Under the pieces are notes generated by a model, which did no database searches, had not been told where the DNA came from, and was given only the letters and a program-made list of their open reading frames with translations. Shown here piece after piece: positions 12,295 to 18,643 of a DNA stretch of 18,643 bases. Origin of the DNA: Ginkgo biloba (Eukaryota; Plantae; Ginkgophyta); contig JANKJI020000001.1 in the NCBI GenBank assembly GCA_024626585.2, positions 7,757,157 to 7,775,799 of the forward strand, given 5' to 3'. Numbering within the stretch: position 1 is the stretch's first letter; each line of letters opens with the position of its first letter. A program made the position numbers and the translations under genes.

Positions 12295-13238
12295 AATTAA
12301 ATTAAATTGGATAAATATTTAAAATTTGGAGATTGGGAGTCAGAGGTTCTATTTAAATAGGTCCGACGATAGAACCTGACGACAAGCTCCAACAACAAAG
12401 TCTAATGACAAAACTTGATGACAAAGGCTAATGACAAAATCTAATGACAAGAGAGTCAGTTGAAGCCTGATAACACACAGAGTCCCAAAGGCCAAAAAAA
12501 TCCAACGATAGAGAAGGGAGTTTATTGCTGTTAGCAAAGGGTGCAACACCAATCTACCATTATCGGTGGAAAATCCCAAAGAATTGGTCATTGTTGTTCT
12601 GGATGGTGTGGAACCATTTCGTCACTAATGATGAATGGGGTAATGACAAGATTGTTGTTGTTGGTGAAAGAATTATGAAGAATTATGTGTGATCGAAGGT
12701 CAGGTGTCAACAAAGAAAAATTGCTTTTCTTGTTTGGAATGGAAGTCTCACGTGACAGAGACGACATGAAGCCTCACTTCAACAGGGAGAAATGTAGAGG
12801 AACTCGCTCTAACAAAGACACATACAACACTGTGTTGGAAAGACCAAGGTCACATCCCTAAATAATAAATACCTAAACTTGTACCTTTTGAGAGAGGGTC
12901 CCATGACGACCGAGGCAATAAGGTAGACAATTACTAGTAGTTCAACTACTCCAAGTGATTATAAGAACTAAAACGATGCTCAAGTAAAAAAAAAAGGAGC
13001 AAAAGGAAGAATCGAGGGGCAACGAGGCAAGAGAGAGAGAGATTTGAGATAGTGTGGATGGCTGAGAAGACATAAGACTCAGTTGTAGGAGAGGACACAA
13101 GACTCAGAGCATGACTCAGAGAGGACTTTGTTGCAAGAGAAAGAGAGATCAAAGAAGAGTGACTTAGAGAGTGCAACTAAGAAGATACGACTCATAGAGA
13201 TACTATACGAATAAGGAAGAAGACAGAGGTTCCCAAAA
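12295..13238 (-). mobile_element. LTR-like or retroelement non-coding segment
   Basis: The minus strand shows cctatttaaatagaacctc (TATA-like, ~12345-12361) followed by pyrimidine-rich sequence, with a tandem array just upstream and a long CT-rich tract (12990-13230). This resembles a plant LTR, but no TG..CA pair or TSD is visible. Confidence 0.4.
12361..12451. repeat. Degenerate 13-bp tandem array, 7 copies
   Basis: gtccgacgataga / acctgacgacaag / ctccaacaacaaa / gtctaatgacaaa / acttgatgacaaa / ggctaatgacaaa / atctaatgacaag. Confidence 0.85.
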
Positions 13239-13621
13239 NNNNNNNNNNNNNNNNNNNNNNNNNNNNNNNNNNNNNNNNNNNNNNNNNNNNNNNNNNNNNN
13301 NNNNNNNNNNNNNNNNNNNNNNNNNNNNNNNNNNNNNNATAAGTGATTAATGACTTAACCAAGGCCTATTAAATGATATGACCTTATAATGATTACAAAC
13401 AGATATGAAAAACATTGTAATAACTTTGAAACAAGTTGGCTCATTCATATAAATTAGTATATAATCAACCCTCTATTTATTCATTTCCTTATAAATACTT
13501 TCCCTTGCACCATCTTATGTCCTCGTCATACTTATTTTTGAAAAATAATTTAATTAATTTTGTATTTTTTTTATATATTAACTAATACAAGTCCATTGCA
13601 AATAATTGCCATGAAGTATTG

Positions 13622-13668
13622 TTTTGTTATATTTTAGTATTATTTTGTTATATTTTAGTATTATTTTG
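13622..13668. repeat. 21-bp tandem duplication (ttttgttatattttagtatta x2 plus partial copy)
   Basis: 13622-13642 and 13643-13663 are identical and followed by ttttg. Confidence 0.9.
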
Positions 13669-14280
13669 ATTTAATAATAGTTATTCCTTAGTCACAGTTA
13701 AGAATTTAGCCAACTATAATTAAGTATACATTTAGTAGTATGATGCTTATTTTCATATTTGATTGGACTAATGAATATTTGATTGAATAGTTAAGTTTGT
13801 AAACCAATAGGTAGAGGATTGATGGTATTTTTGCAAATCCTACTTTTTCATACAATCATATAAATATAAAACATGCCAAAGCATTTCAACAACTAAAGAT
13901 CTGATGCATAATCGATTTCACTAACTTGGTGATAACCATTACCAAGCTAAAATCATATATATGATTATCCTAACTACTTCAAAAATAATTTTCTTTGTTG
14001 AATATGTTAGCTCATCACTACAAACATAATGCACCTTCAAATTTAATAAAAAAACTTGTAATTAAAGCTTATAAAAGTTATGCATTTATAGACTCTTCTA
14101 ATGGGAAGGGACATTATGACAGAAAGATCAAGGGCATGCTCTACCACTAATCTAAAAGCTCATCATGTAGGCCTCCCATTCAAGTGACCTATCCCAATGG
14201 CATATCACTAATCTCTAACCTATCTCTAATCTCGTCCTTGATTTCCATTTGATCTGTGTTGAAAGAGGGAAGGGACTCAC

Positions 14281-14347
14281 CACTACCTGCCTGATTGAAA
14301 TTTCTGCAACATGTAAAGTGTAGTTTCTGCCACCCTCAGTCTATAAT
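14281..14347 (-). other. Candidate small exon, probably non-coding or UTR
   Basis: Minus-strand acceptor tttcatttcag| before 14347, and donors cag|gtagtg (after 14287) or gtg|gtgagt (after 14281), in non-TE-like sequence that is T-rich on the minus strand. Confidence 0.3.
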
Positions 14348-15512
14348 CTGAAATGAAATTTCCACTAGAGTATCAATTAGGACGACAAGAGCCATTGCAT
14401 GTGCATGATTAAAAATGATATAGTTTTAAAAGGAGACACGTAACATCAAGCCACAGGTTGAAGATAGAAAACATATAGAACAGAACTCATTNNNNNNNNN
14501 NNNNNNNNNNNNNNNGCCATATTATAAGCAGGGTGAAAAAAGGCCAATGAAATAGGAGGGAGAAAGAGGAAAAATCATAAGTAAAAAGGGTATGTCAATA
14601 ACAAAAGCCAGTTCCCGGTCAGTGCTAGAATGGGAAACCCCTAATATTCTAACAATGTGACATAGTAGGCATGCAGTAAAACATCACAAGAATTGATAGA
14701 GAAAAGCACCTAGTTACTAAAAATGACATTGAAATGACATAGCATCNNNNNNNNNNNNNNNNNNNNNNNNNNNNNNNNNNNNNNNNNNNNNNNNNNNNNN
14801 NNNNNNNNNNNNNNNNNNNNNNNNNNNNNNNNNNNNNNNNNNNNNNTCCAACTTATTTTATTTATATTATCATGAATAAATATATTCATTTAAACTCACC
14901 CTTTAATAATATTTTTGGAAGAATTTAACATGGTTGATTTATAAAACCAGTTTATGATTCTTGCACTTTAGTGTTTCATCATAAAATAACAAGACTAGAA
15001 ATGAATCCTACACATTATTCTATACATAAATTTGTAAACGCAGACAAATAACCTTTATACACAGTGCTATGCATGTAGACTGTATTGTTTCAATGCATAT
15101 ATACACACAATGGGGTCCACAGAAAGATGGGATTAGCTGAAAGGCTTACACCACTTTGACCAATCCAGACAGAATTGCCCCATTGTCAATAACTTGCAGC
15201 TTGTTGGCCAAATAATTCACGCGTAATGGACTCAATGGACATATTACTATGGGAACAATATATTCCAACAAGGCAATATGACTATTAATAATACACTTTT
15301 CTTTCTATTAAAAAAAAGAAAGAAATTTGATTTGGAGCATGATGCATCCAACCTTTGACCCATAAAAATAAAAAGTCTCTAAATTATTTAGATAAAGCAT
15401 AGATGAGCATGAAGCCTGAAGCAAGCGTAACAGTTTTGGAATGAAATGACTCAAGAGTCTGGATTTGCCACACGGGAGAACACAGGGTGATGGTGATGAT
15501 TGTGAAGGCGAT

Positions 15513-15767
15513 TCATCCGCCGTAGCGTTCCTTCAGTGTATGAGGGGGCTCTTCTCCCATAATCCCTGAACCCTGAAAGGCCAAGTACTGACGTATGCTC
15601 GTTTTCCGATCTCCAAGGAAGGTATGATCAACAAAATTATCATATGCCATCTGCCCAAGATTCTTTGCTGCCAACACACTGCATACACAGTACAATGAAC
15701 AGTCAATCCCCATAATTAAACGTAGAAGCACATGTTGATTCTTGAGGAATTGAAGGTAAGCTTCCTT
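15513..15767 (-). CDS. Probable last coding exon of an unidentified host gene (up to 84 aa)
   Basis: Strong T-rich acceptor tttttttaattttttgttcgtctacag|tgacag| at 15800-15768. Uninterrupted frame KEAYLQFLKNQHVLLRLIMGIDCSLYCVCSVLAAKNLGQMAYDNFVDHTFLGDRKTSIRQYLAFQGSGIMGEEPPHTLKERYGG* ends at TGA 15513. Higher GC and ~11 CpG in 15420-15790, unlike the surrounding TEs. An alternative acceptor tgcag| lies at 15679. Family not recognised and frame unproven. Confidence 0.55.
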   Translation of the reverse strand, partial: KEAYLQFLKNQHVLLRLIMGIDCSLYCVCSVLAAKNLGQMAYDNFVDHTFLGDRKTSIRQYLAFQGSGIMGEEPPHTLKERYGG

Positions 15768-15996
15768 CTGTCACTGTAGACGAACAAAAAATTAAAAAAA
15801 CTATCAGAATCCTTAATCTAAGGATCCCAATTCAATCCAAAAGGACGTCTGTGCTACTTTCATGTATTTTAAACTNNNNNNNNNNNNNNNNNNNNNNNNN
15901 NNNNNNNNNNNNNNNNNNNNNNNNNNNNNNNNNNNNNNNNNNNNNNNNNNNNNNNNNNNNNNNNNNNNNNNNNNNNNNNNNNNNNNNNNNNNNNNN

Positions 15997-16970
15997 TAGA
16001 GGATATGGGAAATAAGGTCATCAACCTTGAAGATTTCTTCAATAGATAGAGACCTACACTAGTCAAAGACCATGATATAGAGCCTAAATTAGAAAGTAAA
16101 GAACTGGCATAGCTTGAACATAATGAAAAATCCATATTAATAAGACTATTGAGGGGTAGTTGGGGAGGAGTAAAGGTAGAAGTGCCATGTTTTGGCAAGA
16201 GCTTAAATATTGACAATTATATTGGATTGGTGATATGGAGATGCATTTTGATTAAGAAGATATTGAGGACCCTGGGAGAGTGAAGTTTTACTATACTAGG
16301 TTGAAAGGGCATGCTGCCATTTGGTGGGAGCATATGAAAAAGGAAAGAGTTCATAGGGGAAATGAAAGAATCTAGACATGGTGGAGGATGGTAAGAAATC
16401 TAAAAGGAAAGTTTCTACCATTAGATTATGGTGAAAGGTAGTTATGAGAATTTCAAAACTTAAGACAAAGGGAAAGAAGTGTACCTGAGTACACTAACAA
16501 TTTTTTTAGACTATCCATCTACAACAATTATGAGGAGAGTGAAGAGAAGCTTATAGCTAGGTACATCAATGGACTAAACTATTCCATTTAGGATGAACTG
16601 ACAATGTGCTATGTAGGGAGTGTTGATGAAGCATATCATCTTGCACTTAATGTAAAAGAGAAGTTATCCCTCCATGCAAGGAAGATTCCCTTTACTAGAA
16701 ATGAAATGACATCCTCTCAATGACAGAAAAGAGATGATCACCCATGGAAGGATAAGAGTAATTGGAGACATGATAAATTTTAGAATTTTGGTTCTGACAA
16801 AGCATTCTGATTATGAGGATATTTTTATGCTTATCAGAACAGAGGTCAAGGAATATTTATTCGTCACTATAGAAGGAGGTCAAATAGAGTACCGTATGAA
16901 CCTAGAAGATTGACCAGAAGTTTTAACTATGGAGAAGAAGGCCATAGATCATTTGAATTTCCAAGGAGAA
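15997..16970 (+). mobile_element. gag: Degenerate Ty3/gypsy gag (Retrotrans_gag domain plus decayed CCHC knuckle), CRM-like pattern
   Basis: GVKVEVPCFGKSLN (~16167); TRLKGHAAIWWEHMKKERVHRGNERI*TWWRMVRNLKGKFLPLDY; FQNLRQRERSVPEYTNNFFRL; EEKLIARYINGLNYSI*DEL; VDEAYHLALNVKEKL; knuckle SFNYGEEGHRSFEFP at ~16919-16963 (from CFNCGEEGHRSFECP). Confidence 0.92.
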
Positions 16971-18518
16971 ATGATGATAGGCCATGGACAAAAGAAGCTA
17001 ATGAAAAGGAAGTAGATGCACATTCAAGGAGAGATGTAAGCCCCATAAAGAAGCTTAGTGGGCACCACAAGAGCAAGGATAAGCCCCACTGAGGAAAACA
17101 TGAACAAATATGTTCCACAAGGACAGGGTAAAGCCCACGTAAGGAAAGAAAATTCAAGAAAACTAAGCAATGAATGAAAGGCTAATAATTCAGGAGGAAG
17201 CAACTATCACTCAAATGTGAAGCACATAGAAAAGATTGAGGAAGGAAGGATAGAGCAAAGTTGAAGGATCAGACACGGAAAGCCAGAGCTACACTAGTGC
17301 GGAAAAGTGTAAATATCAAAAGAACCCAATAAAGACAAAAAAGACTCAGTTTGAAACCTGATATGGATGTTGTTGAAGGGGAAAGGACAATATCAACTAC
17401 ATCACATTAGCAAGAAATTAAGCTAATGAGAGCTCAGGAATAGAAATCAAAGCAATGAAATTAGTTAAGGGTTTTAAAAGTGCTTCAATAGAGCAAACAT
17501 CCCTCTCAAGTTATGCACAACTGTTTGGAGAGCCGATAACAATAAATAGACCACTTAGCACAAAATTCATTCACAAATGCTTTAGAAGAATAGACGATCT
17601 AGGAGTGAGTAGATAGAGAAGTGCAAATCAAAGCTAAGTGTGAAGACAACAGGAAGAAGAAAGATAGAGACAAAAGCAAAAGGAGTTTAGATTTAGAAGC
17701 TTAGTAGGGTTTTGTTCTAAGTACTTTGAAAGAGAGTGGCTTAGAAAATGGTGGAAGTATTAAAGGATTTAGTAGTTAGAGACCATGCCCCATTCCTGGA
17801 AGTATTACCATGGCCTGGTTGACAATATGAAAGGAAAGAAAATTTCGAATGAGCATGATCTAGATACAGTGGATATGCTGGAGAAGTGAGGATTACAATA
17901 TGTATTTCTAATTCCATCCTTTACAATAAGCAAAGATTTCCGAAAAGGAAATGATCTATGCTGAAAGGGGTGGGCAGAATTTGTTTATGGGAACTCCCAT
18001 TTATTTGGCAAAATGGGTCATCAATCACGTCCAATGGGTACCGGATGATGAGGATTCCCCACGAGAAGAAGAAGAAAATGGACAAGGGGCATGAGGTGGA
18101 CAAACCTAATATCCCTAAAGCTAATAAAGGAGAGAAAGTACAAGCAGGGGAGGAAACAAAAAATCCTAATCCCAAAAAATATACAATTAAGCAACCTAAA
18201 ATGCTAGCAACGGAATAGTAGCTAGTTCCACAAACAAAAGCTGACAAAGCTAAGACAACAATAATTTTGTTCAAACCAGTCAAAAATAGGACTTGGTTAA
18301 AAATTTTGTAGACAAACGTAAATGGAAATTGACAATTCCATAACTAAAATAAGGGGTAAAGAAAAGGAAAGAAGATCTTCAAGAAGAACATCTAAATATT
18401 TGATTGAAGCCAGTAAGGATGACACATGAAGGTGTTGAAGGACAAAACATAAGCACATCCAAGTTTATAAATGAAAAGATGGTTTTATATCAAAATCAAA
18501 TAACAATTTGAAAAAACC

Positions 18519-18589
18519 TAAGCTACCAGGATCTGCCCCGGGGGTTCTATATCCCGTATCCGCTCCCGCTACCATTTCCTGGTAACTTA
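18519..18589. mobile_element. Short inverted-repeat-bounded element (MITE-like, or one end of a larger non-autonomous element)
   Basis: taagctaccagga (18519-18531) and tcctggtaactta (18577-18589) are inverted repeats matching 12/13. The interior is GC- and CpG-rich with ccccgggg and repeated cccgtatccgctcccgct motifs, followed by extremely AT-rich sequence. Confidence 0.5.
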
Positions 18590-18643
18590 TATTTATAACT
18601 ATTACTATTTATTATATACTTATATACTATTAGTATATGCATA

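Noticed and set aside
12361-12451. Repeat array as CRISPR-like
   Set aside because: Contiguous 13-bp units with no spacers or cas genes, in eukaryotic TE context.
14117-14140. tgacagaaagatcaagggcat resembles miR156/157; cttctgtca at 15765-15773 resembles part of a miR156 target site
   Set aside because: The first needs an indel and several mismatches and has no fold-back arm. The second matches only ~9 nt.
15750-15761. Perfect plus-strand donor AAG|gtaagc
   Set aside because: All three plus-strand frames upstream contain stops, and the T-rich strand and acceptor indicate the minus strand. An antisense non-coding exon is not excluded.
7520-16970. pol (7.5-9.8 kb) and gag (16-17 kb) as one element
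   Set aside because: Wrong order for a + strand element, and separated by ~6 kb of unrelated DNA including genic sequence.

Overview
This is eukaryotic, plant-type nuclear DNA from a fragmented scaffold with 15 N-gaps, four of exactly 100 N. It is AT-rich and strongly CpG-depleted. The repeat density and gypsy gag/pol style suggest a large-genome seed plant such as a gymnosperm, but that is inference. Most of the window is decayed transposon sequence: an L1-type LINE remnant (ORF1 plus start of the ORF2 endonuclease, ~5487-6996, +), a Ty3/gypsy pol (protease tail, RT, RNase H, integrase, ~7520-9790, +), a second gypsy protease-tail fragment (~11563-11927, +), LTR-like segments, and a gypsy gag (~15997-16970, +). 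The only likely host-gene sequence is ~13440-15875, which holds a CpG-retaining minus-strand exon (15513-15767/15773) that I cannot assign to a protein family. I found no convincing novel multi-gene system. The best leads are this exon and its tandem splice acceptor, a CpG-retaining island near 0.7-1.1 kb, a 71-bp inverted-repeat element at the right edge, and a gag not followed by pol.
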